Virus record (IMG/VR): IMGVR_UViG_3300024358_000010
Length of the DNA: 64,000 bases
Reading direction: 5' to 3' (one strand)
From: a virus
This document shows, piece by piece, positions 18,200 to 29,700 of the stretch; positions within the stretch are counted from its first letter, which is position 1; each line of letters opens with the position of its first letter. A program made the position numbers and the translations under genes. Below the pieces are notes generated by a model. The model saw only the letters and a program-made list of their open reading frames with translations, was not told the origin of the DNA and made no database searches.

Positions 18200-18964
18200 A
18201 TGGTACGCTCAGCGATCGCAGTTGCATTGCTCACCTTTTCGACAAGCGCCTTCTCTTTTGAAGAGCCAAAATGCTTGTCGAAGAACGTTGATTTCTGGTA
18301 CGACGTGTACACGAAATTTGATGAAGGTGACGCGCTGATACTGGACGCCGAGTCTCCTGATCTTACCGTAATAAACAAGGCAAAACTGCCGCTGGACGAA
18401 AAACAAAGAAAACGGTTTCTCAAAAACCTAAAAAAGTCATACGAGAAAGATTCTAAGAAGGTTAGGATCGTGACCGGTATACGGTCTAAGTTTGTAGAGG
18501 GTCTCAAGAGGGACGCCAAATACCGCAAAGACGTGGAACACCAGATTAAAAAACTAAATCTGCCAATCGAACTTTCGGCGCTTCCGCATGTTGAGTCTAG
18601 CTATAACCCGAGGGCAAGATCTAAGGTGGGCGCAGTCGGCATGTGGCAAGTCATGCCCGCGACAGCCAGGATGCTGGGATTCAATCCTAAAAATTTGTTC
18701 TCGCCCAGCTATAACACTAAAGTAGGTCTAGCCGTCTTGATGGACGCCTTTTCTAAGCTCGGATCATGGCCGCTCGCGATAACAGCGTACAATCACGGCG
18801 TCAACGGCGTGTCAAAGGCAGTAAAAGAAACCGGCAGCACAGATATTTGCACAATAATGTCAGAGTACGATGGTCCCAGGTTTGGAGTATCGAGCAGAAA
18901 TTTCTACGCGAGCTTTCTTGCCGTTTTGAGAATCCTGAAGGATGAGGGCGTACTGGATGAGTGA
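18200..18964 (+). CDS. MltD-like lytic transglycosylase
   Basis: Signal peptide; LPHVESSYNPRARSKVGAVGMWQVMP; WPLAITAYNHG. Confidence 0.9.
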   Translation: MVRSAIAVALLTFSTSAFSFEEPKCLSKNVDFWYDVYTKFDEGDALILDAESPDLTVINKAKLPLDEKQRKRFLKNLKKSYEKDSKKVRIVTGIRSKFVEGLKRDAKYRKDVEHQIKKLNLPIELSALPHVESSYNPRARSKVGAVGMWQVMPATARMLGFNPKNLFSPSYNTKVGLAVLMDAFSKLGSWPLAITAYNHGVNGVSKAVKETGSTDICTIMSEYDGPRFGVSSRNFYASFLAVLRILKDEGVLDE

Positions 18965-19523
18965 AGTTGGCAAAATACCCGCTCTCGACAAGGGTTTTGT
19001 GCAGCTTAGATGCTGCGCGCCAAACTTTCACGATTTAGAAGTAATGAAGTCTGAACTGTTCCGCGGAAACCTGACACCACAGCTGATAGAAACTGTCCAC
19101 GTCTACTTAAATGTTAAGTGTCCATACTTTCTTCTGATACCTTTGCTGTCGTCCGGAATAAAGGCGATATCTCGCCCTGGAGCGCCCAGCGACGCGTATG
19201 TGCCTAGGGTAGACGACATAAAGTCCGGAAACCATGAATCGGATCTAGAGATCCAATACTCTATGAATCTGACCATAGATTCGTTAATGCTCAACCAGAA
19301 AGCTTATGCTAAAGATGGCTGCAACCCGTTCGTTGCGTCGGTGACCACGCCAGTCGCCGCATACTGGGAAGGAGTGATGTTTGGCCTGATGAGAGACTGG
19401 GTGCGCTTCGCTGCCGCACCTGGGCTGCACCCTCTGGTAAAAGAGTACCAGAAATCAGTTGTGGATGCACTTTCTGTAGAATACAAAAACATTAACGATA
19501 TCATGCGTATAATACCAAAATGA
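18957..19523 (+). CDS. degenerate ThyX-like protein
   Basis: LDKGFVQL, VKCPYF, ASVTTPVAAY..LMRDWVRF echo the ThyX fold; no RHRxxSxxxxSxR motif. Confidence 0.5.
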   Translation: MSEVGKIPALDKGFVQLRCCAPNFHDLEVMKSELFRGNLTPQLIETVHVYLNVKCPYFLLIPLLSSGIKAISRPGAPSDAYVPRVDDIKSGNHESDLEIQYSMNLTIDSLMLNQKAYAKDGCNPFVASVTTPVAAYWEGVMFGLMRDWVRFAAAPGLHPLVKEYQKSVVDALSVEYKNINDIMRIIPK

Positions 19524-19723
19524 AGAAGACTAAAAAGCCCAAAAAAGTCGATGCCAGCGAGCCAGAGCTAACATACTGGACCGAGATAACGTATATCTGT
19601 CCAACTCGCGGCAAAGTGACTGAAAAAGTTCAAGTGAAGAAACTTAAACCGCAGCCCGTACCCGATGTGGGTCAGAAATACGAGCTAGAAATTCTTAAAG
19701 AAGCGGCGGAAGATGACGAATAA
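19520..19723 (+). CDS. hypothetical protein
   Basis: ATGA overlap. Confidence 0.6.
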   Translation: MKKTKKPKKVDASEPELTYWTEITYICPTRGKVTEKVQVKKLKPQPVPDVGQKYELEILKEAAEDDE

Positions 19724-20432
19724 CATCTTAAAAAAGACGCTAGAAGCTAGTCAGATTGACTACAAAACGTACATAAATCTCAGCGCCTATTTTAGGACCT
19801 ATTTGTCCAACTGCGCCAAATTTGGTATCCCAAATCCTAAGAGCTCATTTGGGACGAACGACGTAGTTATTAGAAATATAAATAAATCGCCAGAAACAGA
19901 CGCGTATGGTGTGACTAAGAAATGGAAAGTTGTAGCATGCGCGTATGGACTAATTATTGGTCGAAGAATACTTCCTAAGCGATTGGGCCGGATAGAAGTC
20001 ATAAACGATATAGCGCGCTCGCAGCATCAGGTGACGGTAGAGCCAGACCCTGACCTTATCGACAGCTTCTTGCTCGGCGAAGAATCATTCGATCCAAACT
20101 CTAGACTGAATAAAAGTCTAAAACTTAGAAAACAGGCCTCAAAGTATAATAAATCTATATCCAAAAAGATCACTGCTCACAACGAGGCAGAAGATTATTT
20201 TGAATCACTTTCCGAAGGCGATGTCATATACTCATCGTCTTCTTTGATAGGTCTCACCACGCATCCGCGGTCTTTTACCGTGGTAAAGATTATACGCACC
20301 ATGAAGTGCGTAGACTTCATAATAGTTCGTCTCAAATCATCGACAGAGATATCTATAAGGCCTCGATCGATATTGAAATGTTTTGTAACGACGCAGCAAC
20401 CGTACCCATTATCCAAGATAATCTCAAAATGA
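19713..20432 (+). CDS. hypothetical protein
   Basis: 239-aa packed ORF. Confidence 0.65.
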   Translation: MTNNILKKTLEASQIDYKTYINLSAYFRTYLSNCAKFGIPNPKSSFGTNDVVIRNINKSPETDAYGVTKKWKVVACAYGLIIGRRILPKRLGRIEVINDIARSQHQVTVEPDPDLIDSFLLGEESFDPNSRLNKSLKLRKQASKYNKSISKKITAHNEAEDYFESLSEGDVIYSSSSLIGLTTHPRSFTVVKIIRTMKCVDFIIVRLKSSTEISIRPRSILKCFVTTQQPYPLSKIISK

Positions 20433-20878
20433 GACCATCAAAACTGTCGTTCTACATGGCCATGGCCGAAACAGCCGCATCTAGGTCGCATGACTTAGAA
20501 ACTAAGGTTGGCTCGGTGTTGGTTAAGGCTGACACTGGGGCTATCATAGCCACAGGCTGCAACGGCTTCGTTCGCGGCGCAGACGATGAGAAGCTTCCGG
20601 GAACGAGACCTAAGAAGTACGACTACATAGTGCACAGCGAGATGAATCTGATCGCCAACTGCGCGCGGCATGGGGTTTCTACAGAAAACTGCTTCGTGGT
20701 GTGCACGATGACGCCGTGCAAAGTCTGCATGAGGATGCTGTGGCAATGTGGGATAAGCCGAGTGGTGGCTAAGAATAAGTATCGCGACTTTGATTCTATA
20801 CTGACGATGGGCGACCTATCGGTCTCAATAAAAGAAGTTGAAGGTCTTATAGATCTAGAGTACGGAGGCAAGAGATGA
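20429..20878 (+). CDS. dCMP deaminase
   Basis: KVGSVLV, GCNG, VHSEMN (HxE), TPCKVC (PCxxC); start at ATGA 20429. Confidence 0.93.
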   Translation: MRPSKLSFYMAMAETAASRSHDLETKVGSVLVKADTGAIIATGCNGFVRGADDEKLPGTRPKKYDYIVHSEMNLIANCARHGVSTENCFVVCTMTPCKVCMRMLWQCGISRVVAKNKYRDFDSILTMGDLSVSIKEVEGLIDLEYGGKR

Positions 20879-21291
20879 AGGTACTTTTTGTTGGTTCAAA
20901 TCCTGGATTCGCAAGCCCAGACAACTCTGCATTTCATCCAAGTTCTAAAACCCGTCTAACATTAGACTCATGGCTCAGGGGCATAGATTGCGAACGTCAC
21001 TACGTCAACGTAGCAGACTATAAAACCCCTAACAACCGAGCGCTGACATCTAAAGAGATCAGATCGCTTCTGCCGTCTTTAGAGGCAAAAATTTCTTCAC
21101 ATAAAGATTGCAAGATCGTAGCCGTAGGTTCAGCAGCCGCAAAGGCGCTGAAACTTATTGGCGCAGATTTTCTTGCCATACCGCACCCGTCGGGTCGCAC
21201 TCGGCAATACAACGACAAGGCTTTTAAAGCCGCTACGATAAACGCTTTGATTTTATTTATAAAAGGGTATAATATCAATACGGGTGTTTGA
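20875..21291 (+). CDS. uracil-DNA glycosylase superfamily protein (minimal)
   Basis: VLFVGSNPG N-terminal motif, IVAVG..A, IPHPSGR C-terminal motif. Confidence 0.75.
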   Translation: MKVLFVGSNPGFASPDNSAFHPSSKTRLTLDSWLRGIDCERHYVNVADYKTPNNRALTSKEIRSLLPSLEAKISSHKDCKIVAVGSAAAKALKLIGADFLAIPHPSGRTRQYNDKAFKAATINALILFIKGYNINTGV

Positions 21292-21475
21292 TCTGCCTGC
21301 AAGTAGATCATGAACGATGCGACCGCTCCGTCTTTGCAGAGAACCTGTGCGCATCTTAGCCTGCTATTAAAAGGGTGGAGAGGAAGTCAGGACCCTTTTA
21401 TCAAATGGAGTACTTATGGGTTTCCATGTTCCTAGTGATTTCGCTGATTTTAATCTCTTTAATCCTTTTCATTAT

Positions 21476-21494
21476 TCATCCGAATCAATTAATA
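21476..21494 (+). promoter_or_regulatory. variant of the conserved motif (core TCCGAATCAA)
   Basis: Core 21479-21488, upstream of the AAGGAG RBS of ORF 21527. Confidence 0.5.
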
Positions 21495-21526
21495 GACACA
21501 ACGCGCAATCAAAAAGGAGAAAGCGC

Positions 21527-21886
21527 ATGGTTACTCCCCGCAATCTTTCCAAAGTCAACAGCAAAAACTACACCGCAGCTTTTGACGGCCTCCGCGACAG
21601 CGTGAAGTTCACCCTCGCGTCCTCAAAAGACCGGTTTCCAACCGTCACAGCTGGCCGTCTCGGCATCCCCGCTCGCAAAAATCTGAACAAAATTAAAGTC
21701 ATCTTGGCTTCCAAGAAGACCCTGGCCTCTGGCGCCGGCACTACATACGAAGTAGAATTTCGCCTAAACCGCTTCGTCACTAGCAGCAACGCTACCTTCA
21801 TCGCTACCAACTGGCCAAAAGGTCTCCGCAAACCTAAGGTTGGTCAACCTTACGAGTTCGCAGTTCTTTCGATCGAGTCTGCCTAA
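21527..21886 (+). CDS. basic hypothetical protein
   Basis: AAGGAG RBS before ATG 21527; C-ending codon bias like the MoxR/VWA genes. Confidence 0.7.
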   Translation: MVTPRNLSKVNSKNYTAAFDGLRDSVKFTLASSKDRFPTVTAGRLGIPARKNLNKIKVILASKKTLASGAGTTYEVEFRLNRFVTSSNATFIATNWPKGLRKPKVGQPYEFAVLSIESA

Positions 21887-21905
21887 TTCAGATAGGGGTT
21901 TCGCC

Positions 21906-22400
21906 GTGAACATCTTTTTTACGTCCGCTGATCCAATCGAATGCGCAATAGCATTAGATGACAAGCGCCTAGTTAAGATGCCAGTCGAGTCTGTGCAGAT
22001 GCTATCGTCTGCTATGGCTCGACACGGCGGAACCCCTGTATACCGCGTCGCCTGGACCAAGCATCCATGTACGATCTGGTCCGGCGACTCCCGCGAGAAC
22101 TTCGAATGGCATCTAGAGCATTTGAAAGCGATGAATGATGAATTTAGAATTAGGTATGGTAAAGACCACGGGTCGTTTAATGCGGGTTACGCTGCGCTTA
22201 AAGCTCAGATCCAGAGGATACCCGGCATCGGTCTTACGCAGTTTCCTAATTGCTCACTGTTCAAAACTGTATCCGACGTTCACGAAGCTTACCGATTAGG
22301 TTTCCACGAGAAATGGAAGAACGATAAGCGCGCTCCGCGGTGGACTAACCGCACGCCACCATCGTGGTACAACCCCCAAGAATATAAGGGGACAGCGTAA
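21906..22400 (+). CDS. pyrimidine-dimer DNA glycosylase (DenV/endonuclease V)-like protein
   Basis: GTG start; MNIF...DKRLVKM.VESVQMLS...HPCTIW pattern. Confidence 0.78.
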   Translation: MNIFFTSADPIECAIALDDKRLVKMPVESVQMLSSAMARHGGTPVYRVAWTKHPCTIWSGDSRENFEWHLEHLKAMNDEFRIRYGKDHGSFNAGYAALKAQIQRIPGIGLTQFPNCSLFKTVSDVHEAYRLGFHEKWKNDKRAPRWTNRTPPSWYNPQEYKGTA

Positions 22401-22594
22401 TGATCGATAAATTAAACGCGAGAATGATCGATCTCTCTGAAGAGGCAGAAGTTCTGATCAACAAAAGATCAGAGCTACACGACGAGATCGAAAAAATAAA
22501 TGTTAGATTAGCCCACTTAGTGGGCGCCATGCAAGAACTGGATTCACTTAAAAGGAGTTTAGAAGATGGTAACGCGGAAGAAAAGCAAGTCTGA
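22400..22594 (+). CDS. small coiled-coil protein
   Basis: TAATG overlap; heptad pattern. Confidence 0.6.
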   Translation: MIDKLNARMIDLSEEAEVLINKRSELHDEIEKINVRLAHLVGAMQELDSLKRSLEDGNAEEKQV

Positions 22595-22829
22595 ACCTAA
22601 GAAAGTCGCAAAAAAGGTTCGCGAACCTAAAGTTCGAGCGAATAAAGCAGAACAATCGTCCGCGGCTTGCGCAGTTAGCGATTGCGTAAAAGCTGCGCCA
22701 CAAGGCGCAAAAGAGCTCTTCTCAGAGCTTCTAGCTATTTACGGCAATAAATACTATATTTTGCTGCTTGGCGCTGCGGTGGGCTTTGCCGCCGGCGTGG
22801 TAATTGATCACTTGTTTATTAAAGGGTGA
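22566..22829 (+). CDS. small protein with C-terminal TM helix
   Basis: AGGAG RBS; basic N-terminus, hydrophobic C-terminus. Confidence 0.6.
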   Translation: MVTRKKSKSEPKKVAKKVREPKVRANKAEQSSAACAVSDCVKAAPQGAKELFSELLAIYGNKYYILLLGAAVGFAAGVVIDHLFIKG

Positions 22830-22851
22830 TCTACCTTAATAAGGTAAAAAT

Positions 22852-22874
22852 AAAGGCGGCTTATAGCCGCCTTT
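22852..22874. terminator. bidirectional intrinsic terminator
   Basis: AAAGGCGGCT-tat-AGCCGCCTTT hairpin with A/T tails at the convergence of the two gene blocks. Confidence 0.85.
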
Positions 22875-22898
22875 TACAGTTTATAAACCGTAAATCAA

Positions 22899-23207
22899 TT
22901 ATTGAGCGCGAAGAGCGATGTAGAGATCGTCGACAACTGCGAGACCAGCAGTTAAAACGTTGGAAGGCAAGGTATCCGCGGCAGTAACGACGTCAAAAAC
23001 TGCGCCGCCGGTGGTTCCTTGCTTTACGCGGACGACGATATCGCCAACTTCAAGTTCGGCCCATTGAGCACCGCTAGCAGAAGTTCCGGTGGCTTTTTTG
23101 GCCATAACAACAGCATGGGATCCCAGGGCGGCAAGAAGCTCATTCTTGGCCGCTCGGTTTGCTAAGGCGACTTCTAGGACTCTTTTGGTTTTGGTAGACA
23201 GGATCAT
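22899..23207 (-). CDS. putative virion protein
   Basis: GGAG RBS before ATG 23207; Ala/Gly/Val-rich. Confidence 0.6.
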   Translation of the reverse strand: MILSTKTKRVLEVALANRAAKNELLAALGSHAVVMAKKATGTSASGAQWAELEVGDIVVRVKQGTTGGAVFDVVTAADTLPSNVLTAGLAVVDDLYIALRAQ

Positions 23208-23270
23208 AGTGACTCCGATAAAGTTGAGGCGCTGCAACATGCAGCGGCACTATGGTATCAATATATCACG

Positions 23271-23684
23271 TTATTTACTTAAGATCTCATACATCAAAGA
23301 TGCAAAACCAATCAAACCGCCAATGAAAGCGCTTATTTTTGCTACCACTTTTATGATTGTCTGCTTTTCTATGTGCGACTTCTCAAGCGGTTCTAGTCTC
23401 GAATCCATCTTGTCGTTCATAGCCTTAAGTTCGCTTAGAGCTGCCTCATTTAGCTCAGTTCTGCGCATGTGCTCTATCAGAGATTCTGTATTCTTTTCAA
23501 GCGTTTTTCTGATATAGGTGATCTCGTGGCCCATCTGGCGGTCTGTGGCGATATGCTCGCTAAAATCTTTATGAAAATCCGACATTGATGATTCTAGGCT
23601 CGAAATACGCCGCCCAGTTTCCTGGACGGTATCTTTCACAAACTCTAAGTCCTTACTAATCAAATCAACTTTATCGTTTTCCAT
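23271..23684 (-). CDS. coiled-coil protein with C-terminal TM (holin/XhlA-like candidate)
   Basis: Long heptad region then ISAFIGGLIGFASLMY; AGGAG RBS. Confidence 0.55.
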   Translation of the reverse strand: MENDKVDLISKDLEFVKDTVQETGRRISSLESSMSDFHKDFSEHIATDRQMGHEITYIRKTLEKNTESLIEHMRRTELNEAALSELKAMNDKMDSRLEPLEKSHIEKQTIIKVVAKISAFIGGLIGFASLMYEILSK

Positions 23685-23713
23685 AAAGATCTCCTACGCG
23701 CGCATAATATCTA

Positions 23714-26700
23714 TTATGTCACACTAATGCTCCAGCTTTGTGAGTTCAGGATCGAAGACGCGGGCACTGCGACGAAGTTGTTATTCTCGTCCTCGACGAT
23801 GATCTTGTGTATGACGAACTCTTCTGTGTCGCGGGTTATGAACTCTCCAGACATCTGTGAAAAGTCTGTGATAACAACAACAACGCGCTTGCTCGACGTT
23901 ATTGATTTATAGATCATGTGCACTTTTTTCCAGTTTGATGGCTTAGAGAGTGTTGGGTGGCTTGCAACCGCTGGAAGTGTTTTGATCTCGTCCTTGTTGG
24001 ACGCGATGACAACAGGTTGGTTGATCTCTACGGATTGTGTAGGTATTTCGACCAGACTGTTAGCCGTTTTCTGAGCGGCGGCAACATACACACTCTTGTT
24101 TCCAGCGGCGTCCTTTGCGATCACGTTAAAGTAGTAGGTCGTATTAGAAACGAGATTACTAATCAATGCGTGCGTTGCGCTAGAATACGCTTTAACGATG
24201 GTTCCATTTGCCTCAGTGTCTGCAACTGTTGAAAAGTCAGGGGCGACGCCTAAGTTAGACATAGCCATTCTTAATTGATACTGAATCTGCGAACCAGTGG
24301 ACGTATTGTCTTCTGCAGGGTTCCAAGTCACGATCATGCTATCTTTATCAACAGAGTTAAAAATAATAGCACCACCGCCGCCTGGTGTTGGGCCTGTTGT
24401 ATCGGCTAATGTTGTCATAGAAACGGCATTATATGCAGACATGTTACCGAAAGAATCTCTTAACACAACATTAAAATAGTATGTAGTTAGAGGACTAAGA
24501 TTTGCAATCGTAACGACCGAAATATCCTTAGTAAAGGACTTTACTTGCGTGCCATTACTCAACGTGGTAGGGAGATCCTCCATATCGTTTGAATACGACA
24601 TATACACCGCATATTGCAGCGAACCTTCGGAGGTGATGTTATCGCTACCTTTTGTCCAATTTAACACGCAGCTATCGGCTGTCACCATTGACGCACTCAA
24701 TATGCCCGAATTACCTGGCGACGGAACTGTTGTGTCTATGATTGTTGTCGCATAGGTTGGTGCGTATGCAGCCTCATTCATTGAGCGATCTTCAACTATT
24801 AGGTTGAAGTAATACGTAGATGATGGATTTAAACCTGTAACTGTATAACTTGTTTCACCGTTTACAAATAAAGCACAAAATGTTCCGTTTGTTTTTGCCT
24901 GAGCGACAGTGGTAATGTTATTACTTAGCGATCTATAGAGCCTGTATTCAAAATCTGAATTAACATCGACGTCATCAGACGCAGGCGACCAAGACAACGA
25001 AACGGACGTTTGCGTTATGCCAGTAGTCAAAATAGCACCATTAGCGCCAGGTACAGGCGGGGTGACATCTGCTGCAGTGTATACGGCTCCAGCTGTGTAT
25101 GCTGTTTTGTTTCCAAACTCATCCTTCGCAACAACATTAAAGAAGTACTGAGTTCCAGGTTCAAGATCGGTTATTATAGCATACGACACGTCTGCTAAAT
25201 AATCTTGCACCAAAACTGAAGCCGATTCCATTTGATTTACGCTTGCAACAGCCGTAAGAAGTTGAGACATATACACCGCGTATTGTATCTCATCTTGTGG
25301 TGTTGACTTATCAGTTGCCTTAACCCAAGACACGCGAAGCTGTTGTTTTTCAATCTGACTAAATGTCAACGAACTGTTTGAAGGCAGCAGCGGACCAGAA
25401 ACGTCTGCAGATGTTGCCACCGTTGTGGTTTGGTATACCGCTTTGTTACCGGCGACGTCCATGACCATAACGTTTGCATAGTAAGTAGTATTAGGCATCA
25501 ACCCGGCAACGGTCGCTGTATTCACATCCGACGTGAAAGGCATAGCAATTATGCCATTTTTAAATGTATCAACCGTGTTTATGTTATTTTGCGTAGATAC
25601 GCGAACTTCATAACGTAGACGATTCTGAGCAGAATAATCGTCAGAAGCCTTATTCCACCCTAAAACAAAACTAGATTCATTAACGTAGCTAGTTGTAAGA
25701 GCTCCGCTTACCCCTGGCGTTGGCGCACTAGTGTCATTAAATGTCCAAACCCTAGCCGCATTGTATGTGGTATGTGCCGCAGTGGCATCTCTGACAACTA
25801 CGTTCACCATATATTCAGTGGCGGGAAGAAGGTTGGTGATCGTGAACGACGTCATGCCCTGAGTGTACGGTGATGCTTGTGTAACCAGTCCCTGCTGAAC
25901 ATGTACCTCAATGTTATCAGCGTTGTTCATCGCAGGGAATTCATTTTTCAAAAAAGCATTAGTTTTACGAGTCGCATAGTAAACAGCATACTCAAGAGAT
26001 GAGGCCGCTTGAGATTCATCAGATGCGGGAGACCAAGATAGATTTAATGAGCCAGATCCGGCAACGACAACGTTAATCTTGCCGCTATTGCCGACGACAG
26101 GTGCAACCCACTGAGAGGATGTTTTTGCAAACACTGACGCATACCCGGATCTATTACCAGCAGCGTCGACTGCCATGATGTTGTAGTAAAAACCAGTATT
26201 GCCAGGCAGATTAGAATCACGGAACTGGACATAGCGAGTTGAATTGTAAATTAACTCATACGTATACGGATTAATCCACGGGACTACAACAGCATTGCCG
26301 ACGTAGGTGCCGTTTGAAATCATCTGAGCAACAGTTGAAATATTGTTACTAGACGAGCGGTATACGCGATAAATTACGTTTTGTATGGGCGTAACGTTAT
26401 CAACAGCGACAGTTGCGTTTAAGTTGATGTAATTATAGCCAACGTGAGTAATCTCGATATTGCCGACACCAGGAACAACAGGTGCGGAGGTGTCGTTAAG
26501 TGTTAGCGCATTCACTGGTGCATAAACTGATTTATTGCCAGCTTGATCTCGAACAACAACGCCAAAGAAGTAACGAGTGTTTCTATTCAGTTCGGTTGCC
26601 GTATAGCTGCCGGTGTTAACAGTCCAATCGAGAATCTTAGTGCCAGCTTCGACAGACGCAACTGTTTGCGACATTTGACTGGTTGAACGATACACTGCAT

Positions 26701-29700
26701 ACTCTAACAGGTTGGAAGCCGTCTTGTTGTCTGTTGCCAATCCCCACGTCAACGATATTGTGGTATCGGTTACGCTACCGGTGCTCAGCGAGAGCGGCGC
26801 AATTACCGGCGGAATGTTTTCATTAAGCGTGGACGTAGCCAAACCTGTATACGCAGTTCTGTTTCCAGCCCCGTCGCGTGCGATTACGTTAATATAATAC
26901 GGAGTTCCATCTGTTAAACCGGTAATTGTGTAGCCATTTGTCGCAGCTATACCCAATCCACTATAAGTACCAGATATAACTAATATCCCGTTTGCCAATA
27001 TATTTGACACGCTGCCGATATTGTTAGAAGTGGAGTAATAAAGATCATACTGTACGGTAGATGGGGAATGAATATCCGTTGCTTGACCCCACGAAACTTT
27101 GATACTGTTTGGCGTTCTGTTTACAAGAGTTAATAACGTGGAATTGTTCAGTATTGGTGGGTAAATATCACCCGGCGTAGTAAATGTAATTTTAGAATAC
27201 GCGGTTTTATTGCCCAAAGAGTCTTCTGCGACAATGTTTACAGAATACTGCGTACTCATTGCGGCGGTCGCATCTGGAAATTGAAATTCAGTTCCATCGG
27301 TGCCCATCACAACCCAGCGTCTTACATTGGTGATGCTTTCGATCTCTTGAACGGTCGACATCGAAGGGCTGCCAGGCGCAATGTATACGGAATATTTGAT
27401 ATTGCCTTGCGATGTCTGATTGTCCGTTGCGGCATTCCAACTTATCTTTACAGTGGGCGACATAGAAAGTGGAGAAGAAATGGAATTTGTTATTAAAGAT
27501 ATGTTTGAATTGCTTACCGAAGGAGCGGTGACATCAACTTGCGATCTGCCTGCTTTCGACACGTATGCGGCCTTATTACCCTCGGTGTCTCTTACGATAA
27601 CATTAAAGAAATAAAATTGACCGGGTACAGGCACGATTACGTCGTAAAAACCGCCGTTGGTAAATGTAGCCCAATCGCGTACCACAATACCGTTAGCTTC
27701 TGCATCCGCAACCGTAGATATGTTGTTTAGCGGAGAAATTACGATCTTGTATTGATTTTGTGAAAAGTGCGAAAAATTATCAAGAGCCAGTCCATGCTGA
27801 ATCGTGACAGCGCTATATCCATTAGGCGTTAACGTCAAAATTCCTGAGTTTCCTGGAACTGGAGCCGAAATATCTGACGAGTTTCTGCTGCTGACAGTTT
27901 GATATTTTGCCTTATTCCCACGGGAATCGCGCACAACAACAGTATAGTAACGCGTTAATGACGCGACTAGGCTGATATTTGCGGTCACCAAATCTTTAGT
28001 GAAAGGAATTTCAAATGCCGCGCTAGATCCAGGCGCAGAAATTGCATCTAACGAACCTAAATTAGATTCATCAGAACTATAGTATAAGGCATACTCTAGA
28101 TCAAGCGAGTTGGTTATGTCGTCTGTGGCTCGAGACCACGACATCGTAAAACCAAAAGATGTTACATTGGATTTTGTAATAAAACCACTTGCACCCGGCA
28201 CTGGTGGCACAGCGTCTTGCTGAGTTGTCTTTGAGAAAGACGAGTATAGTGTTTTATTGCCGGCTTCATCTTTTCCAATAAGAGCAAAATGATACGTAGT
28301 GCCGGAGTTTAAATTCGGCACGACGATATCAGAAGTGCTGGCTATATAATCTCTTGCTAAGATCCCGTACTGCTCAATGTAAGCTATACTAGTTGAGCTG
28401 GTGGGCACTCTATATAAGGCATATTGTATGTTTTGAGAAGAAGTGAGATCGTCCTGGGCGGCCGAGTAGGAAACAGTGATTGAATTGTAGTCTGCCGTAG
28501 CGGTTGGCTGAGAGCTGTAAGTTGGACCAGTTGTATCTGCGAGCGTACTAACAGAGGCAGACGTATATGCAAGCTTGTTTCCTGCGGCGTCCCTGGCGAT
28601 TACGTTATAGTATTTGGTGGAGTTTACAGATTTACCTGTAACGCTAAAAAACTGTGAAGCAGTGTCAGCACCAAAGAACTGAGCTATCGCTGTGCCATTT
28701 GATTCTGCGGCTGCAACAGTGCTAATGTTATTAGAACTAGATTCATAAACTAAATAATAGATGCTGGTTCTAGAAGAAAAGTCGTCAGAAGCAGAGTTCC
28801 AAGTTATTTTGTATCCAGTGAAAGAGTGCTCACTGAAAGACAGCGACGCGTTCGATACGGTTGGCGCGATATCATCAGCCTGCGTGGTTGCGCCAACTGG
28901 ATTATAAGCTACCTTATTGCCGGACGCATCCTTAGCTATAACGTTGTAGCCATACAAACTACCGGGGAGAAGAGAGGAATCTGTGTATGTCGCTATATTT
29001 GCTGTGTACGGCATCAATAGCGTACCCATTGATTCCGTTGTGGCAACGCTACCGGTGTAACCTGCCGTAAAAATTGGCACACTATAAACTGCATACTGAA
29101 TTAGCGGCTGCTGGGTGACGTTATCGCTTGCAAGCGGCCATGTAAGAGTTACACTAGTTTTTGTTGATGTGTAAGATATTGGGGCGCCGTCGGTAACAGG
29201 TATGGGCGGCGTCAAGTCGGCCAGGGTGGCGCTTGATATAGTGTCGTATTTAACTTTGTTGTTAGCTAAATCGCGACCGATAATTGTGAAATAGTATGTG
29301 GAGTTCAGAGCAAGATCGGATACGGTTGCTTCTATTACAGACGAGCTCACACCGGTCACAGTTTGCGAAAGAGTGCCATTTGCCTCAGCGAGTGCCAGAG
29401 TTGACATATTGTTAGAGGAAGAGTAGCGGATATCGTAGCGCATACTTGACGCAGACGAGATGTCGTCTACCGCAGCAGACCATCTTAAGGTGATAGAAGA
29501 GTATGTTTGATCTTTAGCGACAATAGAGGAGTCGGAAATCGTTGGAGAAATAAGATCAGACAGTCCAGAAACTTGGATTAAAGAAACAGCGCCAGCAGAG
29601 CTTGCGGTAAAATTAGGCAAAAAGACGCGCGCTGGTTTAGAAGAATACCCTAAAGAATAGTTAGCGCCATCTAATACTGTGTCGCTTCCAGTCCACTGAG

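Noticed and set aside
21375-21605. 76-aa hydrophobic ORF
   Set aside because: It runs through the AT-rich regulatory region and into ORF 21527; the hydrophobicity may simply reflect T-rich DNA
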